A stretch of DNA of 64,000 nucleotides, from positions 544,351-608,350 of the forward strand of contig JBFWOS010000001.1 in NCBI GenBank assembly GCA_050250375.1, written 5' to 3'. Both the position numbers and the translations under genes were made by a program. Shown in pieces: positions 10,453 to 20,603 of the stretch (position 1 is the stretch's first letter; each line of letters starts with the position of its first letter). The DNA is from Candidatus Omnitrophota bacterium. GTDB lineage: Bacteria; Omnitrophota; Gorgyraeia; Zapsychrales; Zapsychraceae. The notes below the pieces were generated by a model, which made no database searches, was not told where the DNA came from, and saw only the letters and a list, made by a program, of their open reading frames with translations.

Positions 10453-11064
10453 TTATTTCTCTGAAGATTTACGGTTAAACATCTTCCGTATTCCCCCGAC
10501 TATTTTCTTATCCGCTTTCTTTTTGTCTTGAGTTTCCTCTGCTTTGGACTCCTCTGAAGTGGAGTCTTTTTTTATGGTCTTTGATTTCTTTTCAGGTTTT
10601 GGCTTTTGAACTTGCTCCGCAGGTTTAGCCTCAATCTGGGTTACAGCCTTGACTTCCTTAGATTTATCGGCGGCAGACGATGACTTGGCTTTACTAATGA
10701 TAGCACCGCTTTTCTCGGTTAACTCCAAATATGCCAACTGCGCGTTATCTCCTCGTCGGTTATTTGATAAAATAATCCGCGTATACCCTCCAGCCCTTTT
10801 ATCAAAACGTATGGCGATGGTGGTAAATAAATTGCTGACGAGTCGGTGATCACAAAGTATCGCAAAGGCACGCCGTTTATTCGCCAACGTACCGCTTTTC
10901 CCCAGCGTGATCAGTTTATCGACCAATTTACGGGCTTCCTTAGCCTTTGCCTTGGTCGTACAAATCCTCTGCTGAATTAACGTTGCTTTGGCGATATCAC
11001 GCACGGTCGCTTTTCTATGCGATGTTTTTCTATTTAATCTGTTACCTGCAATTTTATGTCTCAT
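10453..11064 (-). CDS. rplQ: 50S ribosomal protein L17 with ~80-aa K/E-rich C-terminal extension
   Basis: 203 aa; L17 core over residues 1-120, then lysine-rich tail. Confidence 0.9.
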   Translation of the reverse strand: MRHKIAGNRLNRKTSHRKATVRDIAKATLIQQRICTTKAKAKEARKLVDKLITLGKSGTLANKRRAFAILCDHRLVSNLFTTIAIRFDKRAGGYTRIILSNNRRGDNAQLAYLELTEKSGAIISKAKSSSAADKSKEVKAVTQIEAKPAEQVQKPKPEKKSKTIKKDSTSEESKAEETQDKKKADKKIVGGIRKMFNRKSSEK

Positions 11065-11076
11065 GACTCACTCTTT

Positions 11077-12078
11077 TTAGATTTCATCCCGTTTAACTTG
11101 ACGTAGTTTCTTTGGATCAATTTTCATCCCCAAACTTAATCCCATGACCTTAAGAAGATCATTAATTTCTGTTAAGGACTTCTTTCCGAAATTTCTAAAG
11201 GTTAGAAGCTCTGATTCGCCTTTCTTAACAAGTTCTGCGATCGTTTTAATATTCGCATCTTTCAAGCAATTGGCGCTTCGCACAGACAACTCAAGCTCAG
11301 AAATTGGCAACCTTAACTTCTCATATAAGGATTGTTCTTCCGCAGAGATTTCTTCTTCTTCCTCTTCTTCTTCCGGCAATTGACCGTAACTGACAAAAAC
11401 ATCCAAATGCCGCTGCAAGATATTCGCTCCGTAGAGTAAACCTTCTTTTGGGTTTATTCCACCGTTTGTCCATATTTCCAAAATCAGCCGATCATAATCT
11501 GTTCGCTGCCCGACCCGTGTATTATCAACATGAAAATTGACCTTGATAATCGGTGTAAAAATGGAGTCAATGGCAATAACTTCCACATCCGTTTCTTTCT
11601 TGTTCATTTCCGCTGGCACATAACCACGGCCCCTGGAAACTTCCATTTCAATGTTTAATTTTGTGTCTCTGGATAGTGTCGCAATATGCAAATCGGGATT
11701 TAGGACCTCAATTGTTTCATCACAAATAATATCAGCGCCTTTTACATCTCCCTTTTTTTCAGCCTTTATATAAATCGGTTTCGGCACTTTTGAATGAGAT
11801 CGTATAACCAATCTTTTAAGATTCAAAATTATTTCCGAGACAGATTCCATGACTCCAGGGATAGCAGAAAATTCATGACGTGCCCCTTCAACCTTTATAG
11901 ACGTAACTGCGCTGCCTTCAATAGATGACAAAAGTATACGGCGTAAAGAATTCCCGAGTGTGACTCCATATCCCTTTTCAAAAGGTTCAGCAATAAACTT
12001 TCCATACGTATCCGTATATTCAGCCTCAACACAGTCTAGCCTTTTTGGCATTTGAAAATCGCGCCATTTAACTCCCAT
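11077..12078 (-). CDS. rpoA: DNA-directed RNA polymerase alpha subunit
   Basis: 333 aa; NTD/CTD; poly-Glu linker EEEEEEEE. Confidence 0.95.
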   Translation of the reverse strand: MGVKWRDFQMPKRLDCVEAEYTDTYGKFIAEPFEKGYGVTLGNSLRRILLSSIEGSAVTSIKVEGARHEFSAIPGVMESVSEIILNLKRLVIRSHSKVPKPIYIKAEKKGDVKGADIICDETIEVLNPDLHIATLSRDTKLNIEMEVSRGRGYVPAEMNKKETDVEVIAIDSIFTPIIKVNFHVDNTRVGQRTDYDRLILEIWTNGGINPKEGLLYGANILQRHLDVFVSYGQLPEEEEEEEEISAEEQSLYEKLRLPISELELSVRSANCLKDANIKTIAELVKKGESELLTFRNFGKKSLTEINDLLKVMGLSLGMKIDPKKLRQVKRDEI

Positions 12079-12108
12079 ATTCTCCTCCTTGAAGGGTAGA
12101 TATTTCTC

Positions 12109-12720
12109 TTATTTAGAATAAAGCTCAATAATCAACTGCTCGTTGATTGGAAACTGTAAATCTTCTCGTTGGGGCAGCCTGATGATAGTTGCTTTATAAT
12201 TCTTTTCATCAAGCTTTAACCAACTCTGACGGGTTAAATCTTTATTTTTCTCAAGCGTGGCATCAACAAACGCTTTAGTTTTATCTTTAAATTTTAATTC
12301 AACCTCATCTCCTTCCTTAACCAGAAACGAAGGGATATTGACCCGTCTTCCGTTTACATGCACCAGACCGTGCCCGACTATCTGCCGCGCTTGTGGTCTG
12401 GTCAACGCAAAACCTAATCGAAAAATAACATTATCGAGTCTTCGTTCAAGAAATTGCAACAAAACGCTACCAGTAATTCCTTTTGACTGAGCTGCTTTTA
12501 GATAATAACGTCGGAATTGACGCTCCAATATTCCGTATATACGTTTGACTTTTTGCTTTTCTCTTAACTGCAGTCCATAATCTGAAAGCTTAACTCTTCG
12601 ACCCTGCCCGTGTTGTCCCGGAGCATAAGGTCGGATGTCGAATTCGTATTTCTTGGGTCCAAAGAGATTCACCCCTTCTCTTCTACATAATCTATACTTT
12701 GGTCCTAAATATCTTGCCAT
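12109..12720 (-). CDS. rpsD: 30S ribosomal protein S4
   Basis: MARYLGPKYRLCRREG... Confidence 0.95.
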   Translation of the reverse strand: MARYLGPKYRLCRREGVNLFGPKKYEFDIRPYAPGQHGQGRRVKLSDYGLQLREKQKVKRIYGILERQFRRYYLKAAQSKGITGSVLLQFLERRLDNVIFRLGFALTRPQARQIVGHGLVHVNGRRVNIPSFLVKEGDEVELKFKDKTKAFVDATLEKNKDLTRQSWLKLDEKNYKATIIRLPQREDLQFPINEQLIIELYSK

Positions 12721-12740
12721 GTCATTCTCTCCTTAAAATA

Positions 12741-13160
12741 TTAAACACGCCGTTTTTTACGGGGTCTACACCCGTTATGCGGTAGTGGGGTGATATCTTT
12801 GATTGAAGTAACACTTAAACCTGCGGCCTGAATGGCCCGAATCGCAGATTCACGTCCTGAACCTGGACCTTTAACAAGAACCTCTACTGTTTTAAGCCCT
12901 AAATCTTTGGCTTTTTTGGCCGCGTCTGATGCTGCGACCTGAGCTGCAAAAGGTGTTGATTTTTTTGAACCGCTAAACCCAACCACTCCCGGAGTCGACC
13001 AGACGATCGTATTACCTTCTTTATCGGCGATCGAAATAATTGTATTGTTAAATGTCGCAAAAATATGCGCAACACCCGACGTAACACCTTTCAGCGATTT
13101 CTTTTTTTGTTTTTCTTTCTTCCGAATTTCATTAGTTACTGGTTTTGGTTTTGCCATCAA
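12741..13160 (-). CDS. rpsK: 30S ribosomal protein S11
   Basis: 139 aa; S11 family. Confidence 0.95.
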   Translation of the reverse strand: MMAKPKPVTNEIRKKEKQKKKSLKGVTSGVAHIFATFNNTIISIADKEGNTIVWSTPGVVGFSGSKKSTPFAAQVAASDAAKKAKDLGLKTVEVLVKGPGSGRESAIRAIQAAGLSVTSIKDITPLPHNGCRPRKKRRV

Positions 13161-13178
13161 TGATATCCTTAATATTTT

Positions 13179-13553
13179 TTATTTTGTCTTTAATTTCTGT
13201 CCGACAACCGGTTTGCGTCCCTTGCGCGTACGGGAATTTGTTTTTGTCCTTTGTCCACGTACAGGCAACCCTTTTCTATGCCTAACCCCACGGTATACAC
13301 CTATTTCGATCATTCTTTTAATATTCTGATTCACTTCCCGGCGAAGATCGCCCTCCGCAACATAATTCTTCTGAATAATGTTTGTAATGCGGCTTATTTC
13401 TTCATCCGATAATTCTTTAGCTCTTCGGTTAATATCTATATTGGCTTCACGTAAAATATCAATCGCCCGTTTCGGGCCCACGCCGTATACATATTGAAGC
13501 GAAGCTTCAATTCGTTTTTCTTTTGGAATATCTACACCCATTATTCTCGGCAT
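13179..13553 (-). CDS. rpsM: 30S ribosomal protein S13
   Basis: [10 protein letters not shown]... Confidence 0.95.
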   Translation of the reverse strand: MPRIMGVDIPKEKRIEASLQYVYGVGPKRAIDILREANIDINRRAKELSDEEISRITNIIQKNYVAEGDLRREVNQNIKRMIEIGVYRGVRHRKGLPVRGQRTKTNSRTRKGRKPVVGQKLKTK

Positions 13554-13558
13554 CGCTT

Positions 13559-13675
13559 TTATCCTTGTCTTTGTTTATGTTTAGGATTGCTGTCACAAAT
13601 AACGCGCACAACTCCCTTACGTCTAATAATCTTACAGTTGCTGCATACTCTTTTTACAGATGATTTAACTTTCAT
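13559..13675 (-). CDS. rpmJ: 50S ribosomal protein L36
   Basis: Not in ORF track (38 aa). Manual translation: [38 protein letters not shown]. Lies between infA and rpsM as in most bacteria. Confidence 0.85.
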   Translation of the reverse strand: MKVKSSVKRVCSNCKIIRRKGVVRVICDSNPKHKQRQG

Positions 13676-13676
13676 T

Positions 13677-13895
13677 TTATTTGACCCTATAAGTTATTCT
13701 CCCACGACTTAAATCGTAAGGAGACAGTTCTAATTTTACTTTATCCCCGGGTAATATGCGGATAAAATGCATCCTTATTTTCCCTGATATATGTGCTTCA
13801 ACCATGTGGCCATTCTCAAGTTCGACGCGGAATTTCGCATTTGGCAACGCTTCTTTTATAGTCCCTTCGACTTCTATTAAATCTTCCTTGGCCAT
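13677..13895 (-). CDS. infA: Translation initiation factor IF-1
   Basis: 72 aa; S1-like fold, conserved. Confidence 0.95.
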   Translation of the reverse strand: MAKEDLIEVEGTIKEALPNAKFRVELENGHMVEAHISGKIRMHFIRILPGDKVKLELSPYDLSRGRITYRVK

Positions 13896-13904
13896 ATAAA
13901 TTAA

Positions 13905-14675
13905 TTATTCAGTTAAAATTTCTGGTCCATTATTCAAAATCGCAACTGTGTGCTCAAAATGAGCGGATGCCTTGCCATCGGCGGTACTTACCGTCCAGCC
14001 ATCATCCAAAATTTTTGTCTGCCAGGTCCCGATATTAACCATCGGTTCAATCGCGAATACCATACCTTCTTTAAGAACCGGCCCCTGATGTGGAGGCCCG
14101 TAATTCGGTATTTCCGGATCTTCATGCAAATTGCGTCCGATTCCATGCCCTACAAAATCTTTGACCACAAAAAACTTATTCGATTCCACATATCTTTGAA
14201 TCGCTGAAGATATGTCGGATAAATGATTATGAACTCGTGCCTGATTTATACCCCGATACAAAGATTCCTTGGTAACATCAAGCAACTTTTGAAGAACCGG
14301 ATCAACAGGCCCGATTGCAACGGTTACGGCCGTGTCTGAATAATATTTATTATGAATGATGCCGACATCCAGACTGACTATATCGCCATCTTTTAAGATC
14401 CGCTCGCTTGGTATCCCATGAACAACTTCATGGTTCACCGAAATGCACACGCATCCCGGAAATCCACGATACCCCTTGAACGCCGGGATTACATTCTGCT
14501 TAGCAATTAAGCGTTCCGCGATACGATCCACTTCTTTTGTCGTAACACCTGATTTTAAAGAACTTTTTACGTCTTGAACAATACCCGCTAATATTTTTCC
14601 TGCTTCACGAAGAACTTTTAACTCTTCCTTCGTTTTGATATTAATTAAGCTTGGTTTGTCCATTAAATAATTCAA
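13905..14675 (-). CDS. map: Methionine aminopeptidase type I
   Basis: 256 aa; true start probably a few codons in (MDKPSL...), overlaps adk end. Confidence 0.9.
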   Translation of the reverse strand: MNYLMDKPSLINIKTKEELKVLREAGKILAGIVQDVKSSLKSGVTTKEVDRIAERLIAKQNVIPAFKGYRGFPGCVCISVNHEVVHGIPSERILKDGDIVSLDVGIIHNKYYSDTAVTVAIGPVDPVLQKLLDVTKESLYRGINQARVHNHLSDISSAIQRYVESNKFFVVKDFVGHGIGRNLHEDPEIPNYGPPHQGPVLKEGMVFAIEPMVNIGTWQTKILDDGWTVSTADGKASAHFEHTVAILNNGPEILTE

Positions 14676-15300
14676 TCAATTCTTTCTGTAATTCCTCGGA
14701 TTGATGGTCACCATTCAGCGTTTTTAGAATCCCACGGGACTTATAATAGTCCACGATGGGCAGTGTATTTTCAAGATAAACAGCCATACGTTTGCGTACC
14801 GTTTCTTCATTATCATCCGGTCTTTGAATCAACTTCTCACCCGACACATCGCAAATACCTTGCTGTTTGGGTGGACGGTTGATAATGTGATAAACCATCC
14901 CGGAATTCGGTGCGACTCGCCGCCCCGTAATTCGTTGAATAATTACATCCAAAGATGCATCCATGTATATGGCCATATCCAAAGGTTTTTTTATTTCCGT
15001 CAAAATCTCATCCAAACTTTTCGCCTGTGCTTTAGTCCTTGGATATCCATCAAGCATATAACCGCATAGTTTCGTTTCGCCTGTGAGTTTATTCGCCAAT
15101 AACTTTGTTACCAAATCATCGGGAACTAACTCGCCTTTTTCAACGTAACTTTTTGCTTCCTGACCGAGTTTTGTGTTATTCTTCATCTCTTCACGCAATA
15201 AATCTCCGGTCGAAATATGTAAAAGATCACGGGTTGTTTTTAATAGTCCCGCCAATGTGCCTTTACCCGCTCCAGGGGGCCCCAACAACACAACGTTCAT
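14641..15300 (-). CDS. adk: Adenylate kinase
   Basis: LGPPGAGKGT P-loop; LID domain. Confidence 0.95.
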   Translation of the reverse strand: MNVVLLGPPGAGKGTLAGLLKTTRDLLHISTGDLLREEMKNNTKLGQEAKSYVEKGELVPDDLVTKLLANKLTGETKLCGYMLDGYPRTKAQAKSLDEILTEIKKPLDMAIYMDASLDVIIQRITGRRVAPNSGMVYHIINRPPKQQGICDVSGEKLIQRPDDNEETVRKRMAVYLENTLPIVDYYKSRGILKTLNGDHQSEELQKELIELFNGQTKLN

Positions 15301-16643
15301 CGGCGCCCTTTTATATGTCCTGAGCGCATAAAACCATCATAATGCCGCATAAGTAAATGTGACTCAATCTGTTTCATCGTGTCAAGCATAACACCAACGA
15401 TGATCAGAACTCCTGTACCCCCAAAAAACGAAGCAACCAAATACGGAACCTTAAAAGATGCCATAATGGCATCCGGCATAATTGCAATTGTACAAATAAA
15501 AATCGCACCCGCAAGAGTAATACGGGTCATAACAAAATCCAGATAATCCGCTGTCTGTGATCCTGGTCTGACTCCGGGAATAAATCCTCCCTGTTTCTTC
15601 ATATTGTCGGCCACATCAATCGGATTAAATACGATCGCTGTATAGAAATAACAAAAGAATACGATCAGAAACGCATAAATTGTATAGTATAACCATCCTC
15701 CGCGAGATAAGTACCCGGCCATATTTTGAAAAGACTGGTTCGGAATAAAGCTGGCCAACGTTGCCGGGAATAAAATAATTGATTGTGCAAAAATAATCGC
15801 AATAACCCCGGAAGTATCTACCTTAAGCGGAATATATGAATTCTGTCCGCCGTACACCTTGCGGCCAACAATTCTTCGGGCATATTGAACCGGAATTTTA
15901 CGTTGAGCTTGTGTAATCAGAGTGATTGCAATGATTACGCCAATTAAAAAGGCAATCATAATTAACAACGTCAATGGCTGTAATTGAGTTGTCCCTCCCG
16001 CCTGAGATGAAAGCATTTTAATCAGCATATTTACGGCAGATGGCGCGGCCGAAATAATCCCGGCTGTGATCACCAAGGAAATACCATTTCCAATGCCTTT
16101 TTCCTGGATCTGCTCTCCCAGCCACATCAATAACATTGTCCCGGAAGTCAGCGTTAATACGGTAACAATCCTGAACGCCCATCCTGGATTGTCAACTAAC
16201 TGGAACCCTTGAAAAGCTTGAGGACTTTCAAGCCATAACGCTATAAAAAATGACTGAACGAGGCCTAATCCTAAAGTTCCATATCTGGTATATTGGTTTA
16301 TCTTACGATAACCGGCCTGGCCTTCTTTGGCCAACTTTTCTAAGGCTGGAATAACAGCTGTCAGTAATTGTAAAATGATTGAACTCGAAATGTAGGGCAT
16401 AATCCCCAAGGAGAAAACCGTCATCTTTTCTAAGGCCCCTCCTGAAAACAGGTTCATTATACCAAATATACTTCCGTCAGAACTTGATGCCATTTTGTCA
16501 AAGAATTGCCCCAAAACAGAGGCATTAACCCCCGGTGTGGGGATATAACAACCAATACGATATACAACAATAATCCCTAAAGTAAATAAAATTTTCTTTT
16601 TTAATTCAGGAATTTTAAAACAATTAGCAAATGTAGCTAACAT
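15297..16643 (-). CDS. secY: Preprotein translocase SecY
   Basis: 448 aa; polytopic membrane protein, SecY family. Confidence 0.95.
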   Translation of the reverse strand: MLATFANCFKIPELKKKILFTLGIIVVYRIGCYIPTPGVNASVLGQFFDKMASSSDGSIFGIMNLFSGGALEKMTVFSLGIMPYISSSIILQLLTAVIPALEKLAKEGQAGYRKINQYTRYGTLGLGLVQSFFIALWLESPQAFQGFQLVDNPGWAFRIVTVLTLTSGTMLLMWLGEQIQEKGIGNGISLVITAGIISAAPSAVNMLIKMLSSQAGGTTQLQPLTLLIMIAFLIGVIIAITLITQAQRKIPVQYARRIVGRKVYGGQNSYIPLKVDTSGVIAIIFAQSIILFPATLASFIPNQSFQNMAGYLSRGGWLYYTIYAFLIVFFCYFYTAIVFNPIDVADNMKKQGGFIPGVRPGSQTADYLDFVMTRITLAGAIFICTIAIMPDAIMASFKVPYLVASFFGGTGVLIIVGVMLDTMKQIESHLLMRHYDGFMRSGHIKGRR

Positions 16644-16655
16644 AAATCTAAATCC

Positions 16656-17135
16656 TTAAGAGGATGATTTTTTAGTTTTCTGCGTCACTTTCTTTGCCGC
16701 AATCTCAACCTTACCGCCGGCTTTTATAATCTTTTCTTTTGCCGACTCAGATACGCTTTCAGCTTGGACGATCAACGCGTTCTTTAATTCGCCATCCCCT
16801 AAAATTTTGAACGGTTTATTTAAACTCTTAATTAATCCTTCAGATTTTAAAAGTTCAGCCGTCACTATAGTGTCTTTTTTAAATCGGTTGAGGCTTTCCA
16901 CCTTAACAATTTGATTCAAGATTGGTCTGTGAGAATTAAATCCCACTTTCGGCAAACGACGAATCAATCGCATCTGCCCGCCCTCATGCGCTTTTGGCGA
17001 CCAATCACCCGATCTTGAAGTCTGACCTTTTTGCCCGCGACCAGATGTTTTTCCAAGACCTGAACCCTTCCCTCGTCCGACAATCTTTCTGCGTTTTCTT
17101 GATCCTTTGGGAGATACTAATTCATGTAACTGCAT
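16656..17135 (-). CDS. rplO: 50S ribosomal protein L15
   Basis: 159 aa; GRGKGSGLGKTSGRG. Confidence 0.95.
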   Translation of the reverse strand: MQLHELVSPKGSRKRRKIVGRGKGSGLGKTSGRGQKGQTSRSGDWSPKAHEGGQMRLIRRLPKVGFNSHRPILNQIVKVESLNRFKKDTIVTAELLKSEGLIKSLNKPFKILGDGELKNALIVQAESVSESAKEKIIKAGGKVEIAAKKVTQKTKKSSS

Positions 17136-17136
17136 A

Positions 17137-17823
17137 TTATTTTCTCGCTACTTTTAAACGTGTTAAACCATCGAATGTCGCTTTAACCACATTTACCGGA
17201 TTATTGGACCGATGACATTTAGTTAAAATATTATGGATTCCCGCACCATCACAAACGGCACGAACTGTTCCTGAGGCGATAACGCCCGTACCTTCAGCAG
17301 CCGGTTTAAGCAATACTTCAGCCCCGCCACATATCCCTATTATTTCATGGGGGATGGTACTTCCTTTCATCGGAATCTTGACCATATTCTTCTTTGCGAC
17401 GATCAAAGCCTTGCGAATCGCGATTGATACCTCACTCGCTTTTTCGTGGCTGTATCCCACTTTTCCCATCGCGTCACCAACAACAACCAGCGCGCTGAAT
17501 GATAGTTTTTTCCCGCCTTTGGTAACCTTTGTGATTCTTTTGATAGAAATAACCTTCTCGATGACTTCGGGAGCGGTTGGGTCTTTTATGATGGAGCCCG
17601 GTTCAACTTTGGGAACTTTTGAATCGAGGGACTTCTCTTTGGTTTCCCCTGTTTCCTCAACCGTTAACAAATTTTCATCCTTTTCTTCCAAAACATCATC
17701 TTTTTTTGGGATTTTTGAAAGGCGGTTTTCTCTGTCACCTGCAGTCAAATCAGTTCTTTTATTATTTTGCTTAGAAAAATTTTTTCTGCTTTCTACTTTA
17801 TCGTCATTTTCTTTATTATTCAT
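17137..17823 (-). CDS. rpsE: 30S ribosomal protein S5 with ~65-aa N-terminal K/E-rich extension
   Basis: ORF track gives 17137..17865. Start moved to ATG at 17821-17823 (MNNKEN...) to avoid 38-nt overlap with rplR. S5 core begins near ...IKRITKVTKGG. Confidence 0.85.
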   Translation of the reverse strand: MNNKENDDKVESRKNFSKQNNKRTDLTAGDRENRLSKIPKKDDVLEEKDENLLTVEETGETKEKSLDSKVPKVEPGSIIKDPTAPEVIEKVISIKRITKVTKGGKKLSFSALVVVGDAMGKVGYSHEKASEVSIAIRKALIVAKKNMVKIPMKGSTIPHEIIGICGGAEVLLKPAAEGTGVIASGTVRAVCDGAGIHNILTKCHRSNNPVNVVKATFDGLTRLKVARK

Positions 17824-17827
17824 AAAT

Positions 17828-18196
17828 TTAGAACTCCAATCCACCTTTTCGTGCAGCATCGGCAAATGCCTTTACACGCCCGTGGTATAAGTATCCGCCT
17901 CGGTCAAAACAAACCTTGGTGATGCCTTTTTCTTTTGCTTTAACAGCAAGTGCCTCTCCTAGAACTGTAGCCGCTTTAATATTCCCGCAATTTTTTTGAT
18001 TGGAACGAATATTTTTGTCTAACGTCGACATGCCAAATAACACTTTGGCGTTTTCATCATCAATCAACTGTGCAGATATATTCTTTAAACTGCGGTGAAC
18101 ACACAAACGTGGGCATTCTTGTGTACCGAAAGATATTTTTCGGATTCTTTGATGACGGTACAATCTTTGCGTTTCTCGTATATTTGTCTTTTTCAT
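17828..18196 (-). CDS. rplR: 50S ribosomal protein L18
   Basis: 122 aa; L18 family. Confidence 0.95.
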   Translation of the reverse strand: MKKTNIRETQRLYRHQRIRKISFGTQECPRLCVHRSLKNISAQLIDDENAKVLFGMSTLDKNIRSNQKNCGNIKAATVLGEALAVKAKEKGITKVCFDRGGYLYHGRVKAFADAARKGGLEF

Positions 18197-18735
18197 TATT
18201 TAGATACCGATTTACCTTGTTTTCTTCTAACATTTTCACCTAAGTAACGTATGCCTTTGCCTTTATACGGCTCTACTTTCTTTAGATCACGAATAGATGC
18301 TGCCACTTGGCCGACTCGTTGGGCACTGATCCCTTCAATAATGATTGAAGTCTGTGTTGGCACTGTCACTTTTACGTCATCCGGGATGTTAAATTCGACC
18401 GGGTGGCTGAATCCAAGGATAAAAACAATCTTCTTTCCCTGCAACTGCGCCCTAAAACCGATCCCTTGAATCTCAAGTTCTTTTTTGTGACCTTGCGTTA
18501 AGCCTGTTAACATGTTTGCCAAATGCGCACGAATTGTACCATGATTGGCCCGATGTTGTTTTGCGTTAGATAACCGGTTCACCGCCAATTTATTTTCTTT
18601 CAGTTCAACGGCAATACCTGAAGGTACCTGCAAATTCATTTTCCCTTTAGGCCCTTCCATTTTTACTTGAGAACCATCAACATTTACTTTTACTTCTTTA
18701 GGCAACTCTATTGGAATTTTTGCTTTTCTAGACAT
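18196..18735 (-). CDS. rplF: 50S ribosomal protein L6
   Basis: 179 aa. Confidence 0.95.
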   Translation of the reverse strand: MSRKAKIPIELPKEVKVNVDGSQVKMEGPKGKMNLQVPSGIAVELKENKLAVNRLSNAKQHRANHGTIRAHLANMLTGLTQGHKKELEIQGIGFRAQLQGKKIVFILGFSHPVEFNIPDDVKVTVPTQTSIIIEGISAQRVGQVAASIRDLKKVEPYKGKGIRYLGENVRRKQGKSVSK

Positions 18736-18741
18736 TTTTCC

Positions 18742-19137
18742 CTACCAGATATAACATAAAATTTCACCACCGACGTTCATTTTTCGGGCTTCCCTGTCAT
18801 CGACAACACCCTTAGATGTCGAGATAACAGCTGTACCCAAACCGTTAAGAACGCGTGGTATTTCGTTATTTTGTTTATATATTCTTAGCCCGGGCTTTGA
18901 AATTCTTTTTAGCCCGGTAATAAGCGGTTTCTTGTTTTCATATTTCATATAGACTTTGAAAGAACCCTGGGCATTTGTCTTCATCAGCTTATAGTCTTCG
19001 ATATACCCGGCATTCTTAAAAATATCGAGAATTCTTTCTGTCATTGTTGATGCAGGGGCATCAACTGTTTCTTTTCCTGCTTGACTACCATTTCGTAATA
19101 TTGTCAGTAAATTACTGATCGGATCATTAAGTGACAT
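18742..19137 (-). CDS. rpsH: 30S ribosomal protein S8
   Basis: 131 aa. Confidence 0.95.
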   Translation of the reverse strand: MSLNDPISNLLTILRNGSQAGKETVDAPASTMTERILDIFKNAGYIEDYKLMKTNAQGSFKVYMKYENKKPLITGLKRISKPGLRIYKQNNEIPRVLNGLGTAVISTSKGVVDDREARKMNVGGEILCYIW

Positions 19138-19150
19138 AATTTTTTCCTAT

Positions 19151-19336
19151 TTACCAGCTGGCTTTTTTTACGCCCGGTATTTCACCTCTCCAGGCAAGTT
19201 CTCTAAAACAAATCCGGCAGACATTAAATCGTCGTAAAAATCCTTTAGGACGGCCGCAAATTTTACAACGGTTATGTTGCCTCACCGGGAACTTAGGTTT
19301 TCGTTCTGATTTTATAACTAATGCTTTTCTTGCCAT
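19151..19336 (-). CDS. rpsZ: 30S ribosomal protein S14 type Z (zinc-binding)
   Basis: 61 aa; CxxC...CxxC. Confidence 0.95.
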   Translation of the reverse strand: MARKALVIKSERKPKFPVRQHNRCKICGRPKGFLRRFNVCRICFRELAWRGEIPGVKKASW

Positions 19337-19345
19337 AGTTTCCTC

Positions 19346-19912
19346 TTATACAACTTGTGTTTCAACTTTTTTGATTTTCGTGAAAGGCATACCGAATAAA
19401 CTTAACAATTCGAGTGTATGTTCTTTGGGCCCTTTATTAAATACAAATGTAATATCCATACCCTGTTGGTATTGCAGCCGTCCGGTATCAATCTCAGGAA
19501 AGATTGATTGGTCAGAAATACCTACCGTATAATTTCCTTGCTTATCAAATGATTTGCGTGATACACCGTTAAAATCACGAATCCTTGGCATACAAAAATT
19601 TATCAATCGATCCATGAACTCATACATCGTATTGCGGCGAAGGGTGACTTTACACCCGATCGGCATATCTTCTCGCAACTTAAAATTTGAAATGGCTTTT
19701 TTTGACCTGGTAATGATCGGTTTTTGTCCGGCAATTTTAGCTAAATCCAACACTGCATTATCAAGAATTTTCATATCACCGATGGCGGCACCGACCCCCA
19801 TGTTGATGACAATTTTCTCTAACTTAGGCACATCCATCGTATTCTTGATGCCGAATTTTTCCTGTAGCGCTTTAATATGCTTTGTTTTATATTGTTCGAA
19901 TAGTCTTGCCAT
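19346..19912 (-). CDS. rplE: 50S ribosomal protein L5
   Basis: 188 aa. Confidence 0.95.
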   Translation of the reverse strand: MARLFEQYKTKHIKALQEKFGIKNTMDVPKLEKIVINMGVGAAIGDMKILDNAVLDLAKIAGQKPIITRSKKAISNFKLREDMPIGCKVTLRRNTMYEFMDRLINFCMPRIRDFNGVSRKSFDKQGNYTVGISDQSIFPEIDTGRLQYQQGMDITFVFNKGPKEHTLELLSLFGMPFTKIKKVETQVV

Positions 19913-19914
19913 TT

Positions 19915-20226
19915 TTAGATTACTTCTCCACTTTTTTTGCTGACTCTCAGTTTTTTTCCGTCTTTAGAAATTTTCGCACCAAATCGGGTCGGCTCATTCG
20001 TTTTCTTATCAATTAACATGATATTCGAAAGATGAATAGGCATCTCAATCTCAATGAATCCGCCCTTTTGGTTTTCATTTGTTCGCCGTTGTGCTTTTTT
20101 CATCAAATTAATATGTTCAACAATGGCCCTGGAATCTTGAGGAAACACTTTTAAAACTTTACCAGTCTTCCCCTTGTCTTTTCCTGCAATTATTTTTACT
20201 TGATCATTTTTCTTAATATGTAACAT
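19915..20226 (-). CDS. rplX: 50S ribosomal protein L24
   Basis: 103 aa; KOW motif. Confidence 0.95.
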   Translation of the reverse strand: MLHIKKNDQVKIIAGKDKGKTGKVLKVFPQDSRAIVEHINLMKKAQRRTNENQKGGFIEIEMPIHLSNIMLIDKKTNEPTRFGAKISKDGKKLRVSKKSGEVI

Positions 20227-20595
20227 TTATACAACCTCTGGGGCTAAAGAAATTATTTTCATATAATCCATATTTCTTAATTCTCGGGCTACCGGACCGA
20301 ATACACGCGTTCCCTTCGGATTTCCCGCATCATCAATGATAACAACCGCGTTCGTATCAAAGCGCACGTAAGTGCCATCATTCCTCTTAATCGGTGATTT
20401 TGTTCTGACAATAATGGCCTTGGCCTTCGTTCCCTTTTTCACTGCAGCTTCCGGAGCAGATTCTTTTATGTTAACACGAATGATATCGCCGATATGGGCG
20501 CACAGCCTGCCCTTCGCATTGAGCACCCCTATCATTGATGCTTTACGCGCTCCTGAATTGTCTGCTACATCTAATACTGTTTTCATGTAAATCAT
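20227..20595 (-). CDS. rplN: 50S ribosomal protein L14
   Basis: ORF track gives 20227..20637. Start moved to ATG at 20593-20595 (MIYMKTVLDVADNSGARK...), which has AGGA RBS and gives 122 aa. Confidence 0.9.
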   Translation of the reverse strand: MIYMKTVLDVADNSGARKASMIGVLNAKGRLCAHIGDIIRVNIKESAPEAAVKKGTKAKAIIVRTKSPIKRNDGTYVRFDTNAVVIIDDAGNPKGTRVFGPVARELRNMDYMKIISLAPEVV

Positions 20596-20603
20596 AATTT
20601 TTC

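Noticed and set aside
17354-17890. 178-aa plus-strand ORF, plus many other plus-strand ORFs of 60-150 aa across the window (e.g. 638..976, 1040..1429, 7363..7794, 32634..33059, 52375..52797)
   Set aside because: All lie antisense to highly conserved minus-strand genes (rpsE, accC, icd, rpoC, pilQ). They have low-complexity composition, no RBS or homology signal, and are typical shadow ORFs.
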